Assembly: GCA_043228905.1 (NCBI GenBank)
Contig: JBHGNT010000004.1
Span: forward strand, 16,368,001 to 16,432,000
Length of the DNA: 64,000 nt
Origin: Azolla caroliniana
Lineage: Eukaryota; Plantae; Polypodiophyta
Direction: 5' to 3'
Part shown: piece after piece, positions 12,701-25,700 of the stretch
Position numbering within the stretch: position 1 is the stretch's first letter
How the letters are laid out: every line of letters begins with the position of its first letter
The notes under the pieces: generated by a model
Seen by the model: the letters and a program-made list of their open reading frames with translations, nothing else
What the model was told of the DNA's origin: nothing
Database searches by the model: none
Made by a program: the position numbers and the translations under genes

Positions 12701-15700
12701 GAGCCCATTTAGCAATTCGTGCTGAAATGCTCACATGTTGGAGTACATATGGGAGTAATGACATGCTAGTGATTATTACAAAATGATGAGGTAGTAGAAA
12801 GCTTCTAAACTTTTTACAAGCATATATAAGAGCTAACATCCACTTTTCTACTTCTAAGAATTCTTTCTCTACATCAGACATGGCTTTACTAATAAAATAT
12901 ATAGGATGCATAAGCCTATTTTCAGAATCTTGTTGCATAAGAATGGCTCCTATAGCATGAGATCCAACACTAAGAGAAAGAAAGAAGGTAGATGTTCTAT
13001 CAGGTGGCTTTAGAATAGGAGCATTACATAATAGTTCTTTTATTCTTACATATTGCTCTTCAGTTGTAGATGTCCACAAGAAGTTGTTGGTGCGAAGAAT
13101 AATGCGAAAAGGATAGAGAATTTGGGCCAACATATGAATGAATCGTTCAAAGTAACGAACTTTTTGAACAAATACCTCCAAATCTTTGATACTCGTGGGT
13201 GTTGTCATCTTTTGAATTGCTTCAATCTTTGAGCTATCAACTTTGATTCCTTCTTGAGACACCACATGACCAAGCATCACCACCTCCTTTTCACCTATGT
13301 GACACTTCTCTGGGTTGAGTTGCATTTTGCATTCCTCCAATCTTTTGAATGCCAAGCGAACCTTTTCCAAATGGTCTTTCCTGCTACTATAAATTGCAAA
13401 GTCATCCATAAAGACTCTAACAAACTTTCCAAAGAATGGTTGGAATACATGAATAGCAAGACGATTAAATGTAAAAACAGCATTTGTGAGTCCAAAGGGC
13501 ATGCATCGATATGCAAAGCATCCCCATGGAGTGATGAATGTCGTCTTCTTTTGATCCTCTTCCGCAATACGAATTTGAAAATAACCTGAATAGCCATCAC
13601 AAACAGAGTACATTTCATGACCCGCAATTTCATCTAATATTTCATCTTGGAAAGGGAGAGGAAAGTGATCCCTCTTGGTAGCCGCATTTAGAGGTTTGTA
13701 ATCAACACAAACCCTCCATTTTCCATTCTTTTTAGGTACCACCACAATGGGCGAAACCCATTCAGAATCTTCCACTGGGTAAATGAATTGTGCACGCAAC
13801 AAAGCTTTGACTTCCTTTAATAAGGCCTCCTTTTGCACGTGACCTAGCCTTCGCAACTTTTGCGCAACGGGAGTTGTACCCTCCTTTAGATTTATGTGAT
13901 GTTGGATGACATCTACACCCCTAATATGAGCATAATCACTAATGAAAAGGTTAGGAAATTCAGAAATCAAATTAATAAATTGTTGCCTCTCTTGCCCTTT
14001 AAGATCTTTAGAAATCATCTTCTCTTTTTGCTCCATAGTAATTAAACCTCCTTCATCATCTTCTTCCTTCAAAACGGCATATGATGTGGTCATTTCCCAT
14101 TCTGACGAGGAATCTTCACTTTCATCACTTTCATATGCGGACCCACTATCATATTCAGTTATTCCATCTTCTTCTTTCTCAATAAGTCTTTGTTGCCGCA
14201 TATCATAATGTATGCTCACTCCTTTTGATGGCGTTATGGTCATCAAACCTTTGCTCCAATCTTGGACAACATTGAGTTCTTGCATCCATGGTCGTCCTAG
14301 TACCAAAGAATATGACGGTCCTTTTAGTGGTATTACATGAAAATCCATGGAAATGCTTACCCCAAAACACTTGATGACAACATCCTCCACTATGCCAATG
14401 CAATGGACCACTCCACCATCGGCTACAGCCACTCTTGCCGAAGATGACCTACTTATAGGAATTCCCACTTTGTTTACCACAAATTCAGAAATCAAGCTTA
14501 CTCTAGCACCACTATCAACCAACGCATCTTTGATGTGAAACCCTTTGATGGAGACGGGGATGGTGGGTCGTATGTCCTTTCGATCTTCTACTCGCACGAT
14601 TCCCACATAATGCACAGTCTTCCGACTTTGGCGAATACTTGCAAGTCGCCCCCACTCCTTTCGTAATGTGGGAGATAATTGGAGAAGTTGCGGCCATGTT
14701 ATCCTTGGTCCACTTGAAATCAACTCATGCTTCAAATTGAAAGCTTCTACACCTTCACCCATAGGAATGTCCTCCATCTTGATCTTTCTTCTAGAGTGTC
14801 TCCTTCTCAATTTTTCCTCTTTCTCATTCTCCTTAGACTTCTTCTTTTGTCTTGAGGCACTAGATTCTCCTTCAACTTCTTTCTCCTTTTGCGAGGACCT
14901 TGTCCTTTTCACAGGAGCTACTTCAAAAGAATTATCACTATCATCAATAAAATTAAGAAGATTCACATTATGAGGAATTGTAGGAACCTGAGCCATAGGG
15001 AGTGTTACGTTTCCTTCGACTTCATTGTTGTTAGGTCGTTGTCCATTCCTTTGCACTTGATAAATGCCTCTTCCCATGCCTCTTTGTTGTCGATGAGGAC
15101 ATCTTGTTGAAATGTGTCACTCCTCTTGACAAGAATAACAAATTACACCGTGATGCCCTCTAGAGCCACCACCATCGGGAATAGTGTTGTGAATTGCTTG
15201 GGATTGTCGCAAGTGGGTCATCACTTCATCAAAGCGCCGATTTACCAATGCCATGGTATCTTGTTCACTCCTCACTTGTTCAACTTCTTGGGATATACTT
15301 GTTGGGTTTATTGTTGTGGTGGTATACACATTTGGAAACACTTGTCCCCCATGCACAATTGAAGATGAGGCTTGAAAGTTGGCACGAGGCATCAAATTTG
15401 CACCCAAAGCCGTCATTTGGGGATCCCCCAAGGAGCTCATCATCTTCACTTGTCGATCATAAGCTTGACAAACTTGGATAAGAGCTTGAAACGATGTGGG
15501 ATCCTTCAAGTTTGCTTCCAAACGGAAATACATATCAAGACCCATCTTGAATCGTTCCATTTTAAACCACTCGTCTTCAGTGCCGCCACGAAGACGAATC
15601 CATGTAGTCCACAAATCCTTGAAATTTCTTTCATACTCAGTGAAACCAATTGGTGATTCCATCTTTAGTCGAAATAGCTCTTCCCTTACTTCGGTTGCAC

Positions 15701-16770
15701 TTCGTCGTTGAATATATTTGGCACGAAACTGGTGCACCAACAATTGATATGCTCCCTGTTGGTTTGGAGGAAGAGAGTCATACCAATCTCGAGCTCGACC
15801 ATAGAATGTAGCTACCAATAAAGGTAACTTCTCATTGTCGGTGATGCGTCCAATAGTGACAGCATGATGCTCAAAAGATGCCAAAAAGGCACCCGCATCT
15901 TGTGTTCTTTCACCTGAAAATGCAAATTGCATAGCTAAGTTAATGTAATATAGTAACACAATTAAATGATAAGTTCTCCCTCCTATACGGAAAGGATCCG
16001 CCCTCCCTGGAGCGCCAAAAATGATAGGGTGTATAAGATAATAGATAGTTATACACTATATGAGGGCTTGACCAAACCGATTAGATGGAGTTGAAAATCA
16101 TAATATATTATATAGCTCTAGGTAATTATGATTAGAGAGTATAACTCAAGAAACTAAGAAAAAAGATAGAGAAAGCGAGCAAGAAATAAGAATGTTCTGA
16201 TATTCCAACATCAAGAGAATACAAAGGAGACAAACTCCACATTGAACTAAAACCAAAGACCTTCCTCTTCTAAGACACTTCCTCTTCCACAAAGACACTT
16301 CTTCCTAACACTCCTCATCCACTCTTTTGCCTTCACTCTTCGCCCCCATCCTCACTAATATCACTTCTTCTTTTATAACCTTCCTCTTCTTATCCACGTT
16401 CATGCTATTTTTAGAAGCTTTTTATCTCCCTATTTTTAGCTATGACACATCGACCTTCTAATCGTCATATCTCCCTCATCCGATATCCAAATTAAGCGAT
16501 TTAAAAAGCTATAGAAAGCTCTTTTTACAAGCTTTCTAATCCATATTTAAACGTGATATTTGGATAAACAACGAGAGAGTTATGACCATTCTATTTTTAC
16601 TGTTTTTTATAGTCTGCGTTTTCTCTTTTTACTTTTCTCTTGGTCTCGTACTTTTACTTTTGACTTCTTCCCTAAGGTCTTAGTTCGTGTCCTTATCCTC
16701 AAAAGGTGAATTATCTATACTTTATATTCTCCTAATGTTCAATGGCTTAGATTCTAAAAACACTTTCACA
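9763..16770 (-). mobile_element. Young full-length Ty3/Gypsy (non-chromovirus) LTR retrotransposon with additional RNase H
   Basis: 749-bp LTRs at 9763-10511 and 16022-16770 (about two substitutions seen by eye). TSD CATAG at 9758-9762 and 16771-16775. PBS tggcgctccagggagggc; PPT aagggggagggctaaa. Confidence 0.97.
10773..15959 (-). CDS. Gag-Pol polyprotein (gag, CCHC knuckle, protease, RT, degenerate RNase H, additional RNase H, integrase) with one in-frame TGA at 15117-15119
   Basis: CYSCQEE*HISTRC; ALVDSGA; DGYSGY...FMDDF; LFFDGAFR...NNEAEY...GDSLLV...NKEADALA; integrase HHCC plus WGIDAVG, SDHG and NGAVE. The two ORFs in the track are in the same frame. Confidence 0.95.
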
Positions 16771-17334
16771 CATAGGCAAGTGGAACAATGCGAACTAGTG
16801 GGATAGTTTTACACAATCCGCCCAGACGAGCAGAAGACAATGCCCCAATTTATCGTCCGATTTCAAACACTACACAACTAGTTAACAAAGGCACCTTCGG
16901 AGGAGGAGGCGAAAGTGGTGTTTCTGGCCGCTCTACGGGAACCCCTCTGAACGATGTGCGGGGTACTAGATTTCCAGGCCAACACAATGGATCAAGTCAT
17001 TGATTGGGTGCTGGAAATGGATAAACATAGCTCTTTGATGACGATGGGAGCCCTGTAGAGGGCCCTTCCAAATCAGGAGGATCTCATGTTTTGCCTGGCA
17101 TTGTAATGCACAACGTGTCTAAACCCGGGCCATTCGACGGTAGACTGCACAATGAGGACGCAGTGTATGATTTGCCACTCACAGGCACACACAATGGACC
17201 GATGCGAGCACAACCTGCTCAACCGGCAAGTGGCACCGATGAGGATCATTGAACCACATAGTAGTCATGACGAATGGTTCCGGAGGGAGGACCGATACTG
17301 ACCAAAATTTATTGTTTGTCACATGGGCCACATG

Positions 17335-17498
17335 CCGGATAGTTGGAGTTTGTGGGCTCTCGTGGTTTTTCCGATTAGGGTTTTCCATGTAAACATTCGG
17401 TGTCGTCTCTATTTTTTGTGTAAGTGTATTGCTATTTTCTGTTTATTTCTTCCAATGTGAGTTTGAGACTTGGTTGTGGCCGAGCACTATTCTGCACA
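17335..17498 (+). mobile_element. 3' (U5) end of a Copia LTR related to the 20268-34924 family
   Basis: Reverse complement matches 34357-34500; ends in ...gcaCA. Confidence 0.7.
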
Positions 17499-18838
17499 CT
17501 TTGTCGGTTCCTTCCTCTGTCCAAATGTTGTGACACATTCACATCTGAATGAGATATGACACCCTTGTCCTTCCTTCTCACTTCCTCATTTAGGATGCTT
17601 GTCTTCACCACTTGTAAAGACAAGTTCTTTTCTTGGCAGGAGGTGCTGAGAGTAACCACCAGGTTCTCCCAGCTATCCGGTAGTTTGCACATTAATAGGA
17701 TGGCTTGCATCGCATCATCAAGGGGGAACTTGGTTGCAACAAGTGGATATACATACCCCATGAATGTGTTGATGTGTTCGTCGATGCTCTCACCATCTCT
17801 GTATTTCAACTGTACGATCTTTCTCATCAGTGAGGTTTTATTTAGGGCGTTCTTCCTCTTGTATTGACCTGATAGCTTCTGCCACATCTCGTGGGCATTT
17901 GTGTCGTTCGTCACATGCTGAAGGACACTTACATCGACACACTGTTGGATGGTGGCCACCACATTTTTGTTAAGAAGTTTCCATTCTGATTCTAATACCC
18001 CGTGGGTATTTTTGCTATGTCGATCGGCTTATACAGGTCTTTGAGTATGAGAAGGTCCTCCATCTTTATCTTCCAGTCTGCATAGTTTTGTGAGTTTAGA
18101 ACTATCATACTTGGGAAGCTGCTCACACCTCCTTCCATGCTTGAACCTCAAGCTCTGATACCAGTTTGTTGAGAAATGAATCGTTAATCCACAGGAAGAA
18201 TATGCTCAGAATACACAACTCGACGCACACACCAAAACAATGCACATCGATTTTACGTGGAAACCCTAAACAAGGGAAAAAACCAGGGGAACAGAGCTTC
18301 ACTATACAGTGGATATACAAATGGAGAAGGTTACAACAGTCTTTGTGGAGTGTATCAGCCTCACAAGGCTCTTGGTGCTTGCTGTTACACACACAACTAT
18401 GGTGTTGCTCTCTCATTGTTCTTACTCACACTTGCACGCACTTCACTATTCTAAACTATACATAAGACGTTCACACACTCTACGTTTTCCCTAGATGTAT
18501 TCATACTCATACATCATATGGGATATTTACAAGTTTAACCCCTAATACACATCACTACTATTATTATCTATAATAGTAAGTAGCCATCAGTCGACTCTAG
18601 TGTAGACTGTCCATTCGGTCCGACTAGTCGGCCTGGTCATCGACCATTCGGTCGTGTCTTGGACCTGAATCTCCTTCCTGTTGACTCACCCAGTCGATTC
18701 TCACAGTAGAATTTCTCGTAGTCGAATCTTCAACCATCGGTACACCATCTGAATAGTTGGATCCTCCTTGTCTTTGACTGTCGGCACTTCTTGGTCCAAA
18801 TTGTCGGTTCCTTCCATTGGAGGGACATATTCCCAACA
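17499..18838 (-). mobile_element. 5' portion of a Copia element: LTR 18167-18838, Met-tRNA PBS, decayed gag
   Basis: PBS tggtatcagagc (plus strand gctctgatacca, 18152-18163). Gag has the UBN2-like LPDSWENLVVTL motif. Confidence 0.88.
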
Positions 18839-19434
18839 AAAAGACATTTGACGAAGATCAATGATAGTCACCATTGATGACAGTGCAAAAGCCCATTTTT
18901 CGAGCGAAACGACTTAGAGAACTAGCCAAAGTCAAAGCCGGCCAAGGAGGAGGAATGACTGATAGTGGTTGAAGTCGTGCATTGGCAAGCCGAACGCCTT
19001 TGACACACATTGCAGAAAGGCCGGCCATAACATTGTGGATTGTTAGTCAGTCAAGAAAGGGAATGGGCGCAAATCTGATTGGACTTCAGGATTATCCGAT
19101 TCGAATCACCCCCCAATCGGCAACCAAGTCAATGTTGCCGAATCCTGGTTGGGAGAAGTTCTCTCACTAGAGGGATCGATGGCCGGAGAGATTCTCTATA
19201 GCACACAAGATGCGGGGATGTGGCTACTCAATTTGAGAGCTACATTTCACGTGACCTCTCATCACGAATGGTTTTCGAACTATTTGGTCGAAGCCGTGAC
19301 ACAATCCGACTTGGCAACGGGTAGGAGTGCTGAATAGCCAGAATCGGCAAGATCCCAATTCGGCTACCTAATGGCAATATCATCAACTTGCACCATGTCT
19401 ATAACGTACCTGATCTCAAAAGGAGTATGGTCTC
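18839..19434 (+). pseudogene. Decayed Copia gag/protease fragment
   Basis: ~19218-19280 translates as MWLLNLRATFHVTSHHEWFS, a degenerate WLLDSGATFHVT motif. Probably continues at 20215-20260 and 34925-35247. Confidence 0.65.
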
Positions 19435-20209
19435 TGTGAAAGTGTTTTTAGAATTCAAGCCATTGAACATTAGAAGAATATAAGGTATGGAGCATTCACA
19501 TTTGGAGGCTAAGAACACGAACCAAGACCTTAAGAAGAAGTCAAAAGTAAAAGTAAGAGACACAGAAAAGTAAAATGACAAAAAGCGGGCCACCCAAAAG
19601 GAATGATCATAGCTCTTTTGTTTGTCACCCAAATATCATGTTTAAATATGGGTTAGAACGCTCGTAAAGAGGGCTTTCTGTAACGGTTTAAATCTCTAAA
19701 GTTAGAGCTCGGATGTGAGAGATATGACGATTAGAAGGTCATTGTGTCATAGCTAAAAATAGAAGATAAAAAGCTTCTAAAAAAGCATGGAAAAATGAGG
19801 AAAGAGAAAGAATAAGAAGATTATAAAAGGGGAGATAGAAGATACAAAGAGGAGGAGAGGAGGAGAGGTCTTAGTAGTGGGAAGAAGGAAGCATAGTCGA
19901 AGGAAGAAAGAGATTAAGGTAGAATAGTGAAAGACATTTGTAGGTTTGAGTGATTGGAAGTAAGAAATTCTTTGGTTTTTTAGTTCAATTTGGAGTTTAT
20001 CCCCTTTGTATTGATTTGATAGTGGAATATTGTAACAGTCTTATCTCTTTCTCATCTTCTCTACCTTTTGTCTTAATTTCTTGAGTCTCCCTCTCTAATT
20101 CGTAGTTACCTTGACCTATAAAAACTATTATAATTCACAACTCCATCTAAACGGTTTGATCAAGCCCTCATATTTTGTACGACTACCATGTGTCTTATAC
20201 ACCCTATTA
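19435..20209 (+). mobile_element. Solo LTR of the 9763-16770 Gypsy family (older, diverged)
   Basis: Starts tgtgaaagtgtttttagaa and ends cttatacaccctatta, matching that LTR in reverse. TSD GTCTC at 19430-19434 and 20210-20214. Confidence 0.92.
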
Positions 20210-22619
20210 GTCTCCATCGACATGCTAGCCCAAGATGGGTACAAGCCAACAGTAGGCGAGTCATCTTGCCAACCGAGTCTCCAACACTAGATGGAGGAAA
20301 ATAGAAAATAGAAATAAGACGACACAAGATGTTGACGTGGAAAACCCTAATCGGGAAAAAACCACGGGAGCTCATAGACTCCAACTATCATTATGAGAGA
20401 AAGGGTACAACAGAACGAGACTCAAAGGCAACAACCTCTAGCTCTATATCTTTGCCAACCGGCGGTTACAACCGAAAAAGGCATTATGTTTGTTTTGTTT
20501 GTCTGTCTGTCTCTATACAACGATAATGATAACCACTCTCAGGCAAAAACTACAATGATAATCATATGTGACACTATTTGCCCTAGTTATATTTATACTC
20601 ATACAACTTGCGGGCTATTTACAAATTTGAGCTTAACGGTCATGTCTGAACATATTTACAAATATGTTCCTACTTGCTGGTTCATACCGAATCCGGCCGG
20701 ACTTGTTCTGGATCCGTTTGATCCGGTATTCGGATACCTTCCGGATACATCCACTCCAGTTCCTCCCATTTGTTCCGTCTGATCTGGCCCATTCGGAGGA
20801 ACCTGTTTCTAAACAAACTCCCCCTTCACTCCAGCATGGGATGTCTTGTCAGTCTGATTCGTGTCCGACATAGGTCCAACTTGTCGACAACCACCACCAT
20901 GGTCAGCAAGAAATCTTTATCTTCTACCTTCTCCCGGAGCTAGTGATATCTCCTCTGGATGTGTTTGGTTCGGGAGTTGTACATAACGTTCTTCGTGAGG
21001 TGGATGACACTTTGACTGTCGCATTAGAGCAGGAATTCCTTCTCCCGGATCCATAACTCTCTGATGAAGTCCTTCATCCAGATTACCTCTTTACCGGCTT
21101 CCACGGTTGCCATATACTCAGCTTCCGTTGTCGAGAATGCAACAGACTTTTGCACCCTTGACTACCACCATACAACTCCCGTTGCATAAGTCATGACATA
21201 TCCAGATGTAGACCGACTAGTATCCACATCAGCCGACATATCCAAATCAGTGAATCCTTCAAGTTGGGGTTTACCTGAGCCGAATCGGAGGCACATGTTC
21301 GAGGTGCCTTTCAAGTACCCGAGTATCCACTTGAGAACATCCCAATGTTCTCTTCCCGGATTGCTCATAAACCGGCTGACCACTTCGACAACATATCTGA
21401 ATGCATTACGTACATGAGGCTTCCGAATGCAGAGGCAGATGGTATCTTCATCATTTCCGACTTCTCTAACTTTGTCTTCGGATTTTGTATTTCGTACAGT
21501 TTGCCATTTGTCGGAACTGTTGATCCGACCGGCTTCGCATCCGCCATGCTGAATCATTGGAGCACCTTCGTCACGTACTTCTCCTATGACAGCCAAAATA
21601 GCTTCTTCGTCCGGTCTTGGACTATGTGCATCCCCAGTATCTGTATTGCTGAACCCAAATCTTTCATTGAAAAAGTTCGGTTCAAGGCCTTCTTCAGATT
21701 CCTGATTTTGATTTGGTTCGGTCTGACGATCAACATGTCATCCACATATATTAGGAGTATCAGGAACTCGCCTTTGTCAAATTTCTTCACGAACACGCAG
21801 TGCTCGACCTGCGTCTTGTGGTATCCTTGGTCGGTCATGAAGGAACGCCGTTTTGACGTCTAGTTGCTCTACCTCGAGGTTCATGCTTGCCGCTATGCTC
21901 AACACCATCCAAATTGATGTCATCTTCACCGCAATGCAAGCTTTGTATCTTGGTGGATTTCTGGCATCTCCCGGTTTCAGCTTGTACACCCACTTATTCC
22001 GGACCGCTCTCCTCCCCTTCAACAACTCCATTAGCTCATAAGTGTGGTTCTCATGCAGGGAATCCATGTCATCTTGCATGACACTTAACCACTTACGGTT
22101 GTGGGTGTCTTTCTTTGCTTCTTCGAAAGTTTCTAGCTCCCCCTCATTGGTTAGTAATACGTGCTCTGCATGAGAAATCTTTGGGGGGCCTTTCTCTCTA
22201 TGAGGGGATATCTGCATCCTTTTTTTCCGACCACCAGTTCGTTCATCAGTTCTTCATCTGAATCAGGATTAGAGAACTTGTTTGGTTCCTGTTGACGGTC
22301 AGAAGAGCAAGGACAAGTGGGAAGGCGGAGTCAGATCGGATAATAGGAAGTAAATAATAGTATAATTATTATTCGGAGGGACGGATCCGGTACAGTTGTA
22401 CCGATCCGGATCCGGACCGATTCGGATGCCGGTTGCCTAAGCGCACCGATTGTAACCTTGCCGGATGCCTATAAAAGGATCCGATGATTTGTAAAGGCTT
22501 TACGGAAGTAATACAAATAGAATTATTGCGTGTTTATCTGTATCTTTGTATTGTTTTACCGTCTGTGCTTAGTGTAATCATCTTACGCGTGTAACCTAGC
22601 ATGCCGAGGGAGGCTGACT

Positions 22620-22775
22620 GGATACCGACAACACCCGCGAAGGAACCAAAGGAGCGGATACCGACAACACCCGCGGAGGAACCAAAGGACCGGACACCGG
22701 CAACACCCGCGGAGGAACTGAAGGAGCGGATACCGGCACCAACCGCGGAGGAACCAAAGGTTCTCACACCAACAC
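22620..22775 (+). repeat. 36-bp tandem coding repeat (IPTTPAEEPKER) in the gag N-terminus
   Basis: About four imperfect copies of ggataccgacaacacccgcggaggaaccaaaggagc. Confidence 0.85.
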
Positions 22776-25700
22776 CAACAGCGGACAGAGAGCGGAGAAA
22801 GCAGGAGAGTCAGTTGGACGACACGATGTCGTACCCATACCCAAAGTACCGGGATGAGCCCGACGCGGAGGCACACGTGTACGCATTCCTCCAAACATGG
22901 GAAGCCAACCATGTCTCCCAAAGACTGACGGAGCCCGAAGCCGAACGATCCAAAGTCGCCGAATTCGGCATGACCTTAGAAGGACCGGCGGCCCGATGGC
23001 ACGCAAAGCACTTACCAGGCAGCTTTGCCACATTCGATGCCTTGAAGGCCAAATTCCTCAGGCTTTTTCACAGACAAGTTGAGCAAAGGGAATTGGTCGG
23101 CCAATTCTACACACCCGGCAGGAAGAGAACGAGACTGTGCCACAATTCATCATTCGGTTTCAGACCCTGCACAGCCAATTGACGAGAGCACCATCCGAAG
23201 ACGAAGCCAAAGCAGTCTTTTTGGCCGCGCTGAAAGAGCCACTTCGAACAATGTGCGGAGTCCTTGATTTCCGCACCAGCACAATGGACCAAGTTATTGA
23301 TCGGGTCTTAGAAATGGACAAGACTAGCTCCTTCTTGTCCCGAAGGAGGAAGACCTGAGGTTCCGACATGCCTTACAATGCACAACATGCCTAAATTCGG
23401 GCCACTCAACGGTAGACTGCACCCTGCGGACACAATGTATGATCTGCAACTCTCGAGCCCATACAACGGACCGATGCGAATATAACCTTTTAAATCGGCA
23501 GGCAGCACCGGTTCGACACATAGAACCGCGCAATCAGAACCCGGATGAGGATCGATTCCGGAGAGACGACCGCTACCAATGCGAACGCGGTAACAGATAC
23601 GCTGATAGAAGACGCGATAACTATGACCGAGAGGAGAAACGTAGAGATAGTTACCCCCGGGACCGGTACGACCGAGACGAATCCCCGGAATACGAACGAC
23701 GCAGAGAAGAGAGGCGACAAGGGAACCGAAATTTCCGACGGAATCAGAAGCGTGGATTTTTCCGAAGAGAGGAACGTCGGGAGGCAGCAAGGAATGACAA
23801 CCCGGTATCGGTACCAGATAACCGAAAAACCGAAGACGACCGCCGAAGTATACCCACCCTCCAAACCGGGGACAAAGGAGAACCGAGCAATAGTCACAAG
23901 GTGTACTGTTATTACTGTCGTAAGGAGGGCCATTATAGTAACCAATGCCCAAGCAAAACCAATGACAAGCAGCCGGTAGTCAACATGGTTACAGCCGAAA
24001 TAACAGAAGTACAGCAGGTCACAACCCGATCAAAAGGAAAGACCGCCGAGTGGGAAGCCCAGGAGGCAATCAGAAAACAAGCGGCGCAATGGATCAAGGA
24101 GGCCAATGAACAGAATGCGGCAGAAGTGGGAGACCAAAATATGCCAAAAGACGAAGAAATCATACAGCCAGGAGAAAACCCGACGTGGCAAGCGCTACAG
24201 GACTGTCAAATCGTGCTGCCGTTAGCACGGCTACTACAGTTGGTGCCACGGTTTACGGCAGACTTACAGGCATCCGTGAGCAAACCAAAGCCGACGCCAA
24301 CACCGGCATTCTTCTCCAACCCGGAGGAAGGAACAATGGTGGTCGATACAAGTAGCCCGGCGATCACGGCAATCGTGAAAGGAAAGGAAATTGCTGGAAC
24401 GATTATTGACGGGGTAAATGTCATCAGCCGACAGACATGCGATAACCTGGGCATCCGGGAATGGGAACCATGCCCCTTCTGGTTACGCATGGCGGATACC
24501 AGCTCAGTCCGACTGACCGGGCTTATCCGGGATTTGGAAGTAACGATCGGAGGCCACGTATTCCAGATATCGGCCGTGGTGCTGCAGCTGAATGTACAAG
24601 GCGCGTACCCCCTACTGCTAGGACGACCATGGCTGCGAACGACGCATATCAAGCAGAACTGGCAAAAGAACATGATCACATTCCGGCGAGGGAAAACAAA
24701 GGTACGAGTAACGACGCAACCACGGGTGATCGCCAGTAAGGAAGCAACTCCATTGTATGCGGAAAGCATCAACATGTTGGAGGGATTACCGGACGAGGAA
24801 GTCGATCGGTACCTCGAGGAACACCCACGAATCGTCCCACTATTTGAGGTGGATATCACAACAGCAATAGAACCGTACATCACGATGCCGGACGAACCGG
24901 ACCAAGCGGCGATCCGAGAACTGCGACAAGCGCAGGAATCCCTAGAGAGGGAAATGACGATATCCCAGAGGGTAAAAGCATCCCAACTAGAGGAGGTGGA
25001 CCTCGGCACAACAGACAAGCCCCGACCGGTAAATGTCGCAAAGGAATTGCCGAAGGAAGAAAAGAAGGCAATGGTAGCATTATTAACAGACTTCAAGGAT
25101 GTGTTCGCGTGGTCGTACGAAGACATGCGAGGGCTGGACCCCCAGCTCTATCAGCACCAAATTCACCTAAGTACGGACGCGAAACCGATCGCTCAACGCA
25201 GGTACCGGATGAATCCGAATTATGCGGCGAAGGTGAAGGAGGAGATTGATAAGCTCCTCCGGGTCGGATTTATCCGACCGGTCAAGCAGGCAACCTGGCT
25301 GAGTCCGATTGTGGTGGTCCCGAAAAAGAACGGCAAAATCCGGGTATGCGTGGACTACCGCAAACTAAATGCCGCAACAGTGACCGATGCGTTTCCACTA
25401 CCATTTACGGACGGGGTGTTAGATGCGGTAGCCGGCCACGAAGTTTACAGCTTCCTGGATGGATTTAGCGGCTACAACCAAATACGAATGAACCCGGCCG
25501 ATCAGGAGAAGACAGCGTTCGTTACGGAATGGGGAGTGTTCGTTGCGGTCGTGATGATGTTCGGACTAAAGACGGCCCCAACGACCGTTCAAAGGATAAT
25601 AATGGAAATTTTCGGGGAATATATCCCCGGTTTTATGCAGGTCTTCCTTGACGATTTCGCGGTCTACAGCCGGCACGGAGAGTATCTCGATCACCTCCAG

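Larger units (their letters stand above)
8470..17260 (+). mobile_element. Truncated non-chromovirus Gypsy (5' LTR 8470-~8926, PBS, decayed gag), relative of the 22290 element, interrupted by the 9763-16770 insertion
   Basis: TG...CA LTR followed by PBS-like tggcgacc at 8934. Gag reads YPKYRDDPEA...KFL.LFHR and resumes at 16776 as QVEQ.ELVG, matching gag at 22830-23110. Confidence 0.85.

Noticed and set aside
15117-15119. Programmed stop-codon readthrough between gag and pol
   Set aside because: The TGA replaces the conserved Gly inside the zinc knuckle (GGA>TGA); simple mutation is more likely.
22620-22775. 36-bp repeats as a possible CRISPR array
   Set aside because: Directly tandem with no unique spacers; in-frame gag coding repeat in eukaryotic DNA.
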